Below, one piece after another: positions 25,246 to 37,089 of a DNA stretch of 64,000 bases. The position numbers and the translations under genes were made by a program. Where the stretch lies: assembly GCA_026770705.1 (NCBI GenBank), contig JANJGN010000020.1:77128001-77192000 (forward strand), given 5' to 3'. Origin of the DNA: Isurus oxyrinchus (taxonomy: Eukaryota). The notes below the pieces were generated by a model. It was not told the origin of the DNA. It saw only the letters and a program-made list of their open reading frames with translations, and searched no databases. Every line of letters starts with the position of its first letter. The stretch's first letter is position 1.

Positions 25246-26479
25246 TGCCAGTCAAGCGCGTTGCTTTGTCCTGGATAGTGCTGAGGTTCTAAACGGTAGC
25301 TTTACTTTTGAGTTGCCCAAAATCATGGGAAGCTAACGGCTGTCCATTGCTTTCTCCATGGCTGCGCTCAGCCAATCAGCTTCGAGTTCCTGTGATCGTT
25401 TGAAATTCGGGATTCATGATGAGTGCAAGATAATAAGCTTCCAGAACCTATCGCTCATTTTCAGCAATACATGGAATTTTGTACTACCAAGCAACAAGTT
25501 GTAACAGATGTTCCTCATCCCTGTCATCATTTCGAAAGCTATAAAATCCTTGCAAAATGTTCTTCTCAGAACTGGCCTCAAATGCTCCAGCAACTTTCTT
25601 GTGTTTTTATCCTAGGTTGCTACTTATAGAATCAAGCCTCCTTGTATGCCGATTTATAAACATATGGAACATCTATTTTGCTCCTGCAATCCCATTACAA
25701 TCATATCCTTTAATCGAGTTTGCTTATCCTTATTCTCCATTCGAAGATGATTCACTTGACAGATAGCTACATTAAAGTTAAGCTGCCAACTTGTATGCCC
25801 ATGTTATAAATCTGTCCATGGCTTTTGGAAGTTCAGCACCCTCGTCACAATGGTTTGCAATATTTCCAAGTTTTGTCACATCTGTAAGATTTGAAATTAT
25901 CTCACGTACACTCAAGTCAAAGCCATTATACATATCCAGAAAAAGGGTGTTGACACCAACTCCTGGCGAAATCTTCCTCCAATTTGAAACATTATTTGAC
26001 TCGTCAGCTCACTTTTTAAGAATACCGATGTAAGGGGAAAACAACAATTTATACTGCATGTGAAGACAGTGCTGATTGTTTGGCAAGTGGACTCCAGCAG
26101 AGGAATTGTCATGGAGAATGCACCAATTATGGCGACTGAAAGTTAACTACTAAACTTTGTTTGAAATTTTAACTAGTCAGCTTGGCCTTGATTAGTCAAA
26201 ACATTGCCTTGAGGACTGAGTCAGCGAATGGCTGTCGCTTATTGCATTTAGCTGAACCAGGCACAATGTGTGTGCATGTCATTTCTGCTTGCAAAGAACG
26301 GGGTCCTTTGCATTAATATATGCAGCGTCCATTACATGCAAATGCGCCACTCTGCAAGTGCAACTGATAATCTAAATTGGTTGTCAGCGTTATTGTTAGT
26401 GCAATTAATTATATTTAGCAAATGTTCTCGAGTTCCAGAATCGCATAAAATGTTGAACACTGTTATTTGAGGTTTACCA

Positions 26480-27200
26480 GCACGGTCTGTTTGGATATGT
26501 TCTGTACTTTGCCCGTTTCGAGGTTCAGCGAGCATAAAGATTTGCTTGATTTACGCCATTTAGAAACATTGCATTTCCCTTTCTTACTGCCAAATTGCAC
26601 GACTTCACATTTCTGCACTTGGTGCTTTGATAGAATGTCCATCTGTGGCCCACTACCTTAACCTTTCGACATCAATTTTCAGCCTCCTTGCGTTCTCCTC
26701 ACAGTTTGCACCCGCACCTAGCCTTGAATCGTCAGCAACTCAGTTATTTTCCAGGTCTTTTCCTAAGTGATTAATGAAAATTGTAGCTGAGGCCATCATT
26801 GGAAGTTGTGGCACTCCACTGGTGAGAGCCTGCCAGCCTGAAAGTGCCCGGTAAACCATATTATTTGCTTATTGAACATTGACCGATCTTCTACCCGTGC
26901 TAATGTATTCGCTTCAAACCCATGAGTTATCATCTTATGAACTAACCTTTGTGTGGAATCTTGATGGATTTAAGTTCCAAATCCAAGTGTATTACATCAA
27001 ATGGTGTCAAAATGTGTCAAATACAATGTCACTATCATAAACCATGAAGATCTTCTCCAATCATAGCATAAATTTATTAATGAATTATTGAGAATTCTTA
27101 ACAATCGATTTCCACAGTTCCTGGCGACCGAGGAAAGGCTCATTGTACTTCTGGTCTACTTGTGGCATTTTTTTTACCATTCCTCTCTGTTGAAGTGCAA
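26480..27200 (-). mobile_element. Old CR1 RT fragment
   Basis: Reverse complement of ADDSRLG and GVPQ-type motifs (GAATCGTCAGCAAC, TGTGGCACTCCACT). Confidence 0.55.
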
Positions 27201-29337
27201 ATACTGTCTGTCTCTCCAATTCCAAATATCTTCCTGCAGCTTATCTTTTTCAGGTTTTGCAGTCGACCATCTTCAACAACTTTGATACCTCCGCAAATTC
27301 GGCCATTGTTCTTGTGTCTTCGAGCTTCGGGTCACTATTAACGGCATTAAAAAAAAAGGTTCAAATAAGGAGAGTCTAGGAGATCCACTTTAGGCCAAAT
27401 CATCTCTGTATCCATGCCGTATAGGCACAATGCATCAACATGCTAGTAACCCCTTGTGAAATATATCCACCGATTCAAGCAACTGATTCCTAGAAGAACT
27501 ACGTGCAAGGACTGAAAAAGCCAAGTGTATCGCATCCATTAAATCGATCCTACCTGGTGAAGTTGAATGGTACAGACTCCGTTTCATGAGCATATATCCA
27601 CTATATATTGACATTACTTTGCATCCATCTGTTCCATGGCTTTATATGCAGCAACGGTTGCTCAGGAGTACACACTCTGAACATCACCTCAATACTTTGT
27701 ACTTTTCTGGATCAAATTTGCATCTGCTTTTCTGGAGCACCAACCACTCTTTAATGGTCAGGACTTTCTCTTTGATTTGTGTGCGGCACCCTGCAATGTG
27801 CTTACGTATTTGAATAAGGAAGCTCGATTAAAGTTAACTGGCCACTTAGATCGACGAATCAGAATTGAATTTTGGACAGCTGTTCATCAACCATGTTGAT
27901 CGCAATGTGACCTGAGTCACAACGACTCTCTGACACACTCTAAAAAAGTCACTTTTTTATCCATTAAATGCATGGAGGTGTTTTAAATATCTGCAAGAAT
28001 TTTGCCTATTCCCACTTCTCTACTACCTATAAAAGTATGTATTTCTGAGTCCCAATTATTGATCATTGAAAATTTGTCTGTCTCAATATCCCACTCCAAT
28101 AACATGAAAAAAACCACAATATTAATTTATTGCGCTCTCTTCGGAGACTGTTTATATATGCAGGTGGAAATGCTGGACACATTTGGTCGACTGGATAACA
28201 TCTCTGGATTGAGAACAAAAAAACAGGTAACCGTTTCAGCTATCAACGGAACTGCAAAGTGCTGGGGGTGTTTTATGAACGTGCTGATTGGACGCTCAGT
28301 CAACATGCGTGGATTATTCAGTAGACATATTCGTGAAAAATTTTTCTTGAACATTTAATCAGTTGAAATTTCCCAATCATCTGCAAATGTTGCGGCATTT
28401 ATCTCAATGGGCATTCCTTGATTTGTGAAGCATTACCATTCTGGATGACCTCATGTGTTTCTGATATTCTTGTATTTGGTCACATTCATCCTTAGCGTTA
28501 GCAAAACCTCAACCCTTCCTAAGTTAGCGTGGTACGCAATTTTTTTATACTATACTTCTCAGCACTGAGATCTGCTCATTCAAGTCCATGGTGGAAAATG
28601 GTGGCTAAAGTTGCTATCCCCATGGATTATTGCTGCTACTTGGCACCCGTAGTAATAACTATATTCAATTCCTGCTCTCTGTATTTCTTCTCTGTTAGCT
28701 GTATTTTGGTAGTAGAGGTTAAAAAACCACTGGGAATATCTGGACGTTTTAAATAAGTTATTCATGGTGATCTGTATATGTACAAGCTGAACACGTGGTA
28801 GAAGCAGATAATATTTCTTCCAAAAATGAATCACTATTCAGAAAGGAAAATAAATTACTATGAGAAGGAGCATTGGAACCGGACAAATGGAATAGCACTT
28901 TCAGGAAAAGGAATATTGGGTATACTGGCCTCCATCTGTGCAGTGCAATGCTATGCTTTGTTATCCATTCAGCTACCGCAAAATTGGAATAAAATGTTAG
29001 TAATTTTATCCTCAATTAAACAAACGGCAAAAAAATGGTAGGCAAACGTGCACAAGTCAAAAAAGCAACGGCATAAACGTAACAAAAGACACTGGATGCT
29101 GAAGACCTGAATGTTCTGATGAAATGGCGTCGACGTGAAACCTTGGCTTTCCATCTTTCTCCTCGTGAGTGTTATCTGTTTCTATCTAATAACAGGTACT
29201 TTCATATGGATAAATTCCAGCTTCATTCCGACATCGCATCATTTTAATGTATTACATGATTTGTTGTCGTTATTTATTTTTTTTGCTGAGATTAATTGAG
29301 GTTCCCATTGGCCAACCCCTCGGTAATATCCGTGTAG

Positions 29338-29615
29338 ATTCAACAGACCGCATCTGGATTGAAGTCTATGAGGACGATAACGGAACATCTGGACAACAGC
29401 TCCAACATTCATCGTCCTGTTCTTCCTGAGCATCTTCGACAGCGCTGCTGTCACACTGGTAAAGGTGAGAAGATTTCAATCCACTAACACTACAATCTGA
29501 CAGAAGCGGTTTGAAAACGTTCTCAATATTATAACAGTTAAAAACTATAATATAAATGCACCAGATCATAAATATCTGCCTTCATTATTTTCTGCCTCTT
29601 TTACAGTTCAAGTGA
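29338..29615 (+). pseudogene. Immunoglobulin heavy-chain transmembrane exons TM1 (29338-29464) and TM2 (29607-29615), frameshifted; isotype (IgM/IgW/IgNAR) unresolved
   Basis: GTGTAG acceptor, then DSTDRIWIEVYEDDNG-[1-nt deletion]-IWTTAPTFIVLFFLSIFDSAAVTLVK, then a GTGAGA donor. A 142-bp intron ends TTTTACAG and is followed by TTC AAG TGA. This matches the canonical IgH membrane segment W.TASTFIVLF.LS.FYS..VTL.K|VK*. Confidence 0.88.
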
Positions 29616-30657
29616 TCGGTTGAATTTGGGACCCTGTAGCTTTTCCTCAGCTGTTTATTCAGATCTCTGTATTCCAATATAAAATATGTTCTCCTGGTGA
29701 TTCTAAAGGTGAAATGTCTTCACTTTGTGATCCCGAATCTGTAACCAAACCTGTAGCAGTTTTTCCGTTTTCATGCATGAAATGTGCGAGATGATAATGG
29801 TTGTAATGTAATTGTCGCATCTAATTTCCTTGGAGTTAGGATTTGAAATTGTAATTAAGTAACTTTTATCATTCGTTATTCCCCCCTTCCCTTTCATTTG
29901 AGCCACAGTTTTCTCTTTCTGATTTATGTTCCAGTGGTGCATACAATTTAGCAAATCAGAGCGCATGTGGTCTGTTCCCAACGTGACCTCAGGCATTATA
30001 TTCACTTCTGTTAACTTTAAACTAAACTTTGTTGTGAAAATATTCTCTGATACTACAAATAAATCTGGAATGAAAAGTGAACTAACTGTGACTTTGCTGG
30101 ATTACTTTCTCCAAGGCTCATCGACACTGCTCCATTTTCACTATTACACATTTCTCCCTGTTTTACCAGTCCTGTCTGGGGTTTGTTTGCACCCAAGGCT
30201 CCACTGGACCCAAGACTCCATCCGTGTGAGGAGACCTTTACCTCTGCCTGTTTCTGGCAATTGCCCGAGGCGGAATGACTGAACAGGGAGGGTCACCTCG
30301 GTGATTTCACTCTGGGGTGGTGCAGTCACATGTCTGGCAATTCCAAACTGTAGGGTTCCGGCTTCATCTGAGGCTGATATAGGATAGTGAATTGGAGCAG
30401 AAAACTTCCTTTAAAGTACCCCATCAAACACTCCCACTGTTGGTGCAATCAGGGTCAGAAAAAGGGTAAAGATCCCTCTGCATTGTCCCATTAAACACTT
30501 TGAAGTGGGGGATGCCACAGGCTAGATATATAACACAGGCAGAATATGGAGCACAAACCAAAGGAGTTTTCCAGTGGCTGGGGCGTATCTGGCACTGATA
30601 TATTATTAAGTACAAATCCTGCCAATTATTACAGAGCTTTAGGTCTATTGGACATCC

Positions 30658-30720
30658 GGTGGGGGGGGGGGGGGGGGGGGGGGGGGGGGTGCGGGGGGGG
30701 GGGGGGGGGGGGGTGGGGGG
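30658..30720 (+). repeat. Poly-G tract
   Basis: About 60 nt of almost pure G. Confidence 0.95.
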
Positions 30721-31074
30721 TCAAAACCGTGAAAATACTCAAAGATGGGGTCCAACGTTATGCTGCAAGTTACCATAAACATGGGACTTGTTCACAGATC
30801 CTGGGGCCCGATCGGATACTGAGACACTAGCTTCCCATTTTCTCTTAAATACACAAACAGACGTAGTCTGCATCTTGCTCTGCCCCACCTCTTTCCGTTT
30901 AGCATTACACGGTCCTTATTCCGGTAAACACAGGCCGACTCTCCACTTCCACCTTTCTGTTAAATCCATTAGTGCTGTCATTCTCCCCTTCTGCATTGAT
31001 AATGAACTGTATTCCTGATCAGCTCATTCCTACTGATACCATATCGCTGAACTCGCTGAACATCTCCCCAGGGG

Positions 31075-31290
31075 TAAACACAGAAATAGCTGGAACTATC
31101 AGCGGGTCTGATAGAATCTGTGGAGGCAGAAACGAAGTGGTCTTCTCGAGTCGTTATGACCCTTCATCAGATGGACTCGAAACGTGAACTCTGTTTCTCT
31201 CCCCCTCAGATGCTGTCAGGCCTGCTGAGTTTTTTCCAGCAATTTTTGTTTTTGTTTCAGATTTCCAGCAATCGCAATATTTTGCATTTA
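31075..31290. mobile_element. Palindromic Penelope-associated hairpin element
   Basis: 31075-31152 is the inverse of 31174-31252 (...GAGTC / GACTCGAAACG...CCAGCAATTTTTG). TTCATCAG in the loop is the reverse complement of CTGATGAA. Confidence 0.75.
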
Positions 31291-31627
31291 TAACTCCAAG
31301 GATTTCATTCTACCTGCTTCATCGTTTCATCAGAGCATCCTTCAGAGCCTCCCGATCATGGAATATCAGCAGAAGTTTCTCTTCATATCCTACTATCTTC
31401 CAATATTTTCCATCTGAAACTGAGCCACTTTTCTCTAATGCCCCAGAGTTCAGGCGTGAGGTTCCTTGTTGTTTGAATATAGGAAGGGTTCGGCAGAGAA
31501 AAAATACCTACACATCTTCAAGACTCGGAATGATATTTATGAATGAGTGGAGTTAATGCTTAAACCCTTTCTATCTCCCAATCTCTCTCCTTCCTCTCCT
31601 GCAATGCCATTCAGGACATCTGAATAA

Positions 31628-31866
31628 ATGACAGAAAATGTTGTAAAAACTCAACGGTCCTTAATGCATCTGTGGAAAAAACGATAGAGTTAACGTTTCG
31701 AGCCCACATGATTCTACTTCGGAGTCTTCTTATCTGAAAGAAAGTCTTATAGGCTCGAAACGTTAATGCCATCTTTCTCTCCAACGGTGCTCTTGGAGCT
31801 GCTGTGTTTTTCGAGCATGTTCTGTTTTAGTTTTAGATTTCCAGAAACTGCTATATTTGCTTTTAC
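31628..31866. mobile_element. Second palindromic Penelope-associated hairpin element
   Basis: GTTAACGTTTCGAGCC at about 31690 is the inverse of GGCTCGAAACGTTAA at about 31752; the arms match the 31075 element. Confidence 0.72.
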
Positions 31867-31919
31867 CGTTCAGGACTTCCCTCCGCTGTTGGCTGCATTT
31901 TTCATAACTGCCGCTGTTG

Positions 31920-32320
31920 CGCATGGGATTGGGGATGGTGTATTGAGATGGATAGAAAACTGGCTGGCAGACAGGAAATAAAGAGTAGGAATAAACTGGT
32001 ATTTTTCTGAATGGCAGGCAGTGACTAGTGTGGTACTGCAGTGATCGGTGCTGGGACTACAGCTAGTCACAATATATATTAATGTATTAGATGCGGGAGC
32101 TAAATGTAATACCTCCAAATTTGCAGATGACACAAAGCAGGGTGGGAGGGTGAGCTGTGAGGAGGATGCAGAGATGCTTCAATGTGATTTGGACAAGCTG
32201 AGTGGGCAAATGCATGGCAGATGCAATATAATGTGGAAAGAACAGTAAGGCAGATTATTATCTGAATAGCTATAAATTGACAGAGGGGAATGTGCAATGT
32301 GACCTGGGTATCCTTATTGT
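31920..32320 (+). mobile_element. CR1 RT fragment
   Basis: HGIGDGVLRWIENWLADRK and SKFADDTK motifs. Confidence 0.85.
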
Positions 32321-32619
32321 TTCAGCAGAATGGATGTGTGCGTGAATCAATTGTAGCTGCTGGAGCAGCTGAACAACTGCTTCCCAGTAAAAACAGACAA
32401 TTAGAGTTTTGGCGAAACCATTCTTTCTTCTGTTGTTCGTCCAGCACTGTAAACATCATCCCAGGCATTCTCTGCTATGCCCCGGCCCCCGTGCACATCC
32501 CCACGGGAGATCCTGGCGTATTGGTAATGTCACGATGCGGTTAACTAAAAATGCAGGCTCCCGCTCTAGCACAAATGTTCAAACCCCGTTACAGCAACTG
32601 GCTGAATTTCCGTCAGAAA

Positions 32620-32915
32620 ATCAGGAATTGAAACCCCTTCAGGAATGGGAAGGATTTCATTCTAAATATGAAATCTCTGGTAATCTCCCGGAATTTCCCA
32701 CATTCTGGCTGCTCCACGTGATTCCAGAATCACAGCAATGTGGCTGGTCCTGAAATAGTCTGGACACCGTGAGTTATATCAAACCGCTGCAGACAAGCCA
32801 AACCAGATGGACAACTTCTCTTCAAGAACGTCCCCACCAACAAATTCTCCAGGGAAATGAGGGATGGCAATAAACATTGGCTTTGTCTGCAATGCTTCCT
32901 TCAAATAAACAATGC
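32620..32915 (+). mobile_element. SINE fragment with family-B tail
   Basis: CACGTGATTCCAGAATCACAGCAATGTGGCTG...GGGATGGCAATAAACATTGGC. Confidence 0.55.
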
Positions 32916-32924
32916 AAAACAAAA

Positions 32925-33950
32925 TCCAAACCTATCGCATTGGAACAGGTGTATACCAATCAGCCCATCGAACCTGTCCCACCTTTCATTGCGATCATGG
33001 ATGATCATCTACTTGAACATCTTTTTCCCACACTATCCCCCATACCTTTTCTATCTTTGGTATTTAGAATTCTGCCGTTCCCTGCTTGAAACATGCTCAA
33101 TGATTGAACTTCCACAGCTCTCTGGGATGCAGAATGCAAACATTCGCAAACCTCTGAGTAAAAAAGCAATTCTCCTCATGTCAGTCCTAGTGGTTTTACC
33201 ATTATTTTGAAATTGTGTACCCTGGTTCTAGATTCCCCAACGAGGGGAAACATGAGACCTGCATTTACACTTTCTTCCATTCAGGTGTTTTGATTGTGTT
33301 AATTAGATCTTTTTGCTCATTTTTCGAAACTCTGGAGAATACAGGTCCAATGTCCCCAATCCTTCTTCACAGGAGAGTCACGCCATCCCTGATGCAAGGT
33401 CTGGTGAGCCTTCGATTCACTCGCTCAATGACAACTGCAACCCTTCCAAAGGAAAGGGGGCCAAACCTGCATATTGTACCCCAGGGGCGGCCTAACCAAG
33501 ATAAATGAAACGAGTCTTCACTACTGCTGTATTCAAATCCTCTTGTGGGAAAACCTAATTTTCTATTCGCCTTCTTAATTGCTTCATATGTATGTCAGGT
33601 TTCAGAGACTTATTGATGAGGGCACCCAGGCCTCCTTGTACAGCTACATTTTCCTGGCTCTCACGTTTTATGAAATAATCTGCACATCCTAACAAATTGG
33701 TTAACCTCGCATTATTCCACGTTAAATTTCATCTTTCCTGTTCTGTCCCCCCTCATTCAGTCTATCCAAATCGCCTGAAACCGGTTTTCAACTTCCCTCA
33801 CAACAAACGTTCCCACCAAGCTTTGTGTCATCCACGAACTTGGAAATATTACACTTGGCGCTCATATTGAAATCATTGATATGTTGTGAACAGCTGGCTC
33901 TGAGGTGGTGATTTCGCAGTAGCCCACTGGCCACATGCTAACAATGTTTG
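32925..33950 (-). mobile_element. CR1 LINE 3' part
   Basis: Reverse CR1 3' UTR and RT (TGTGTCATCCACGAACTTGG is KFVDDT on the minus strand). Confidence 0.8.
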
Positions 33951-33967
33951 ATATTTCACTCTATACT

Positions 33968-34062
33968 TCCTCCCCGCCCCCACCACCCTCCCCCCCGCCC
34001 CCCCGCCCCCCCCCCCCCCCCCCCCCACCACCACCACCACCACCACCCCCACAACAAAAAAA
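33968..34062 (+). repeat. C-rich low-complexity tract with (CCA)n
   Basis: Direct inspection. Confidence 0.9.
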
Positions 34063-34900
34063 CCCTACTTAGGCCGGCCAGCCCACTGACCCCATACCTA
34101 ACACTTTGAAATGACATGCTTCAGTTACTGCTGCAGTAGGAGGAGGCCTTTGGATCACCTAAGAGTGTCACAACACTGATGGAAACTCTTAAAGCTTTAG
34201 TCTGCTTATCTCTACACAAAGGCAGCGAGGGCTGCTGATGATTCCCAGCATTTATGTTTTTAATTTCAGTTCCGAGAACATTGGCCCCCCTCTCTCTCCT
34301 TTCCTGAACATCCTGTTTCCGGCTGGGTTCAGAGTGTCATTTGAATTGACGAATTTCATTGGAACATAATTTGTGCAGTGGAAATAAACCTTTATTTGAA
34401 ACGAGGAGACTTCCCGCTCTGAGGTTCTGGGACTGTTCAGCTCTAAAAACACTGGAATAAAATCACATAAATATTTTGAAAAGCTGAAATCACTGACTTT
34501 CGAACCTTTAAGAACCACCCTCCCATCTGCAGGTTGGTCTGAAATGTTTTGAACAAGGTTTCCCTGGGATACTGGAGACACTGCAGCATGTCCACCCCTG
34601 GACTGTAACCTGCCCGCGTGACCTTACGCTCCAAACCCCCTTTGTGCAATGATATGAATCTCGAGCCTGGTGGGTGGGAATTTCACAAACCATGCCCAAG
34701 GACAACAGGAGAGTTGTAATAGCCTGAAAACCATCAGAACAAACAGGATTTAGGTAAATTGCTTCCCAAACGCACGATTTCTGTTACTCACTGAATCCTG
34801 GCGGTGAAAGATGAAAACCGGCCTCACCCTGTGCTCATCACCGAGGTGAAAAGATTGGGAATAAAACAGGGGCAACTCGTATTGGTAATGGAAATTCTTG

Positions 34901-35800
34901 TCACTGTTGAATAAACTTAACAATTCCAGAAAAGGGGTATTTCACCACATTCTTCAGCTCCTCTCTGAATTTAGTCTGGGTCACTGCATAAATGGCTGTG
35001 TTAGTGCAACAACTCAGGTGCTGAAACATAAATCCCAGTTCCTGCACAAACTTAGGAAGATAGCCACGAATAGCATCTAACAAATATAGCCTATTTCAAA
35101 CAGAATCTATCATAAAAAATTACCCACAACAGGATAAAATTCCCCGACATAGCAAATAATGTAAAATGATGGATTTCCTGCGTTTCTCCATCTCTGGGTC
35201 ACTGGTATTCTCCCCACTACAGTGAGCCCGGATTCTCCTGCGGACTCTGCTCGACACTAACCTATATCTGAAAGTTAAAGTGTTCAACATCAAAATCAAG
35301 ACAAATGGCGCAAATGGTGTTAAAATATAATGAAGACATTCGATTGTTGCCCACATTGAAGAAAATTCAGCATCCGTCACTAATGTGCAAAACCAAGCAG
35401 CGTTGGAAACCAATATTGACCTTCATACATAAAGTACCAGACAGTGTCCTTCACACAGAATAGCAGACTCACTGTTCCGAGAACCACAGCCGCCATACGC
35501 TCGGTGCAATATTTTGTTTTCAACTTCTGAGAACAAATAGCCAGAAATCTATCAAAGATGAGACTGTGAACCAGACAGAACAATCTGTGGCAGCATAAAG
35601 CAGGACTGCATGGATATTACACACTTTCATCCTCCACATGAACTGAAACTGAGCCCAGTAACGAATAGCAAATTGCCTGAATATGATATCAAGGATAACG
35701 ACCAGTAGTTCCACAGTTGCCATGGACACCAGTTAAAGGGAAACACATTTGGAGAGACTGCACCCTCCCCGAGTCAGGGTCAGAATAGTCATCATGTTCA
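34901..35800 (-). pseudogene. GPR139-like GPCR pseudogene (divergent subfamily), exon 2
   Basis: TTCCTTACAG acceptor, then VNMMTILTLTRGGCSLSKCVSL*LVSMATVELLVVILD; VCNIHAVLLYAATDCSVWFTV; FDRFLAICSQKLKTKYCTERMAAVV; LTPFAPFVLILMLN; GENTSDPEMEKRRKSII; LSCCTNTAIYAVTQTKFREELKNVVKYPF. One stop and several frameshifts; exon 1 not located. Confidence 0.92.
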
Positions 35801-36544
35801 CTGTAAGGAAGAGAAAGACAGGAAAGTTAGTGTTTAACTTAGAGCATCTGTTACAGACAGATAGAGTTACATTTGAACAGAGTTATCCAAGGTCAGAATC
35901 TAATTACTTTACCACTGTTTGAGCTTTACCCTGGAGGGAGTATTTCGAGTTAAACATCATCCTGTTGTAGCAGGAAACCAAATCCTGCAGCAGGTCCCAC
36001 CGCCACTTCCCTACATTATTCATGGAGTTCGGAGTGAAAATCACTCACCCCATTACTAGTCCTGCTCAATATCACATGAACATGCTGCAAACTGCATCAC
36101 AACGATACGTAGGATGGGCTGTGATTTGTACTGAAGGAAAATGTTTCATTGTTATTTGACAAGACATTTGAGTGGAACATTAATGTTGTGTAAAGGAGTA
36201 AGTACAGATTTGAATTCAGAAATTGTCTTTCAAATTAGGATGTCCAAATCTGCCTTCCTGATAATTATTGCCTTCGCCAAAAGGCACAATGAATCCTTAG
36301 ATTGTATCCCAGTAACAAACAGACTCTCGAAAAGAACTAAAGAACAGGGAGGTAAATGGATCGCTAAACTGAAGAAAATAAATTAGAGATTGAATCAGAG
36401 CTGAATATTGGCCAACAGGAAGGAACAGCGGAGAGTGACAGCATCCAAAATTCAGGCTGGCTAGCAGGAAAGAATTTACCAATGCATCGAATGTCTGTGT
36501 TGTGGGCCAGGAATTAAATGGGCAAATGGTTGGGAATTGAGGTT

Positions 36545-37035
36545 GTTACATGAGAATGCAAGAACTAGGAGCCAGAGGAAGCCATACTTCCCTGTGGCCA
36601 AATCTAATGTTCACTAAGCCCATGGCCGTTCTTCGACTTCTACCTTCCAAAACTATCCCCATTTACCTTGATGGCCTTAGAGCACAAAGATCTATCGACC
36701 AACAGGCCTCGAGAATTGATAATTCCAAAGATTCTCCACTTTCTGAGTGAAGAAGATTCTCCTCATCTCAATTCCAAATGGCCGACATCTTATCTCAGAG
36801 ATCGAGTTCTGGACTCCCCACCTAAGGGAAACATTCTGTCAGCATTTATCCAATGAGGACACTAAATGATTTTCTATGAGATAATCCTGTGTCCTCTAAT
36901 TTTAAGAAGATACACGTCTAATTTGATTGATTGATTCGTTAAGTATATTTTTCCTTGGGCAAGGAGGCCAAAACTGTACACATTAATCCATATGTTTTCT
37001 CACTAATCACATGCATAATTCTATCAACGGTTCCT
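36545..37035 (-). mobile_element. CR1 3' fragment
   Basis: Reverse CR1 3' UTR (AGAATGCAAGAACTAGGAGC...GAAGAAGATTCTCCTCATCTC). Confidence 0.7.
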
Positions 37036-37089
37036 TACTCGAATACAGGGAACACTGCCATTTATTATCCTATTCATTTACTATATTGC

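Noticed and set aside
30546-30830. Gly-rich ORF
   Set aside because: Caused by the poly-G tract.
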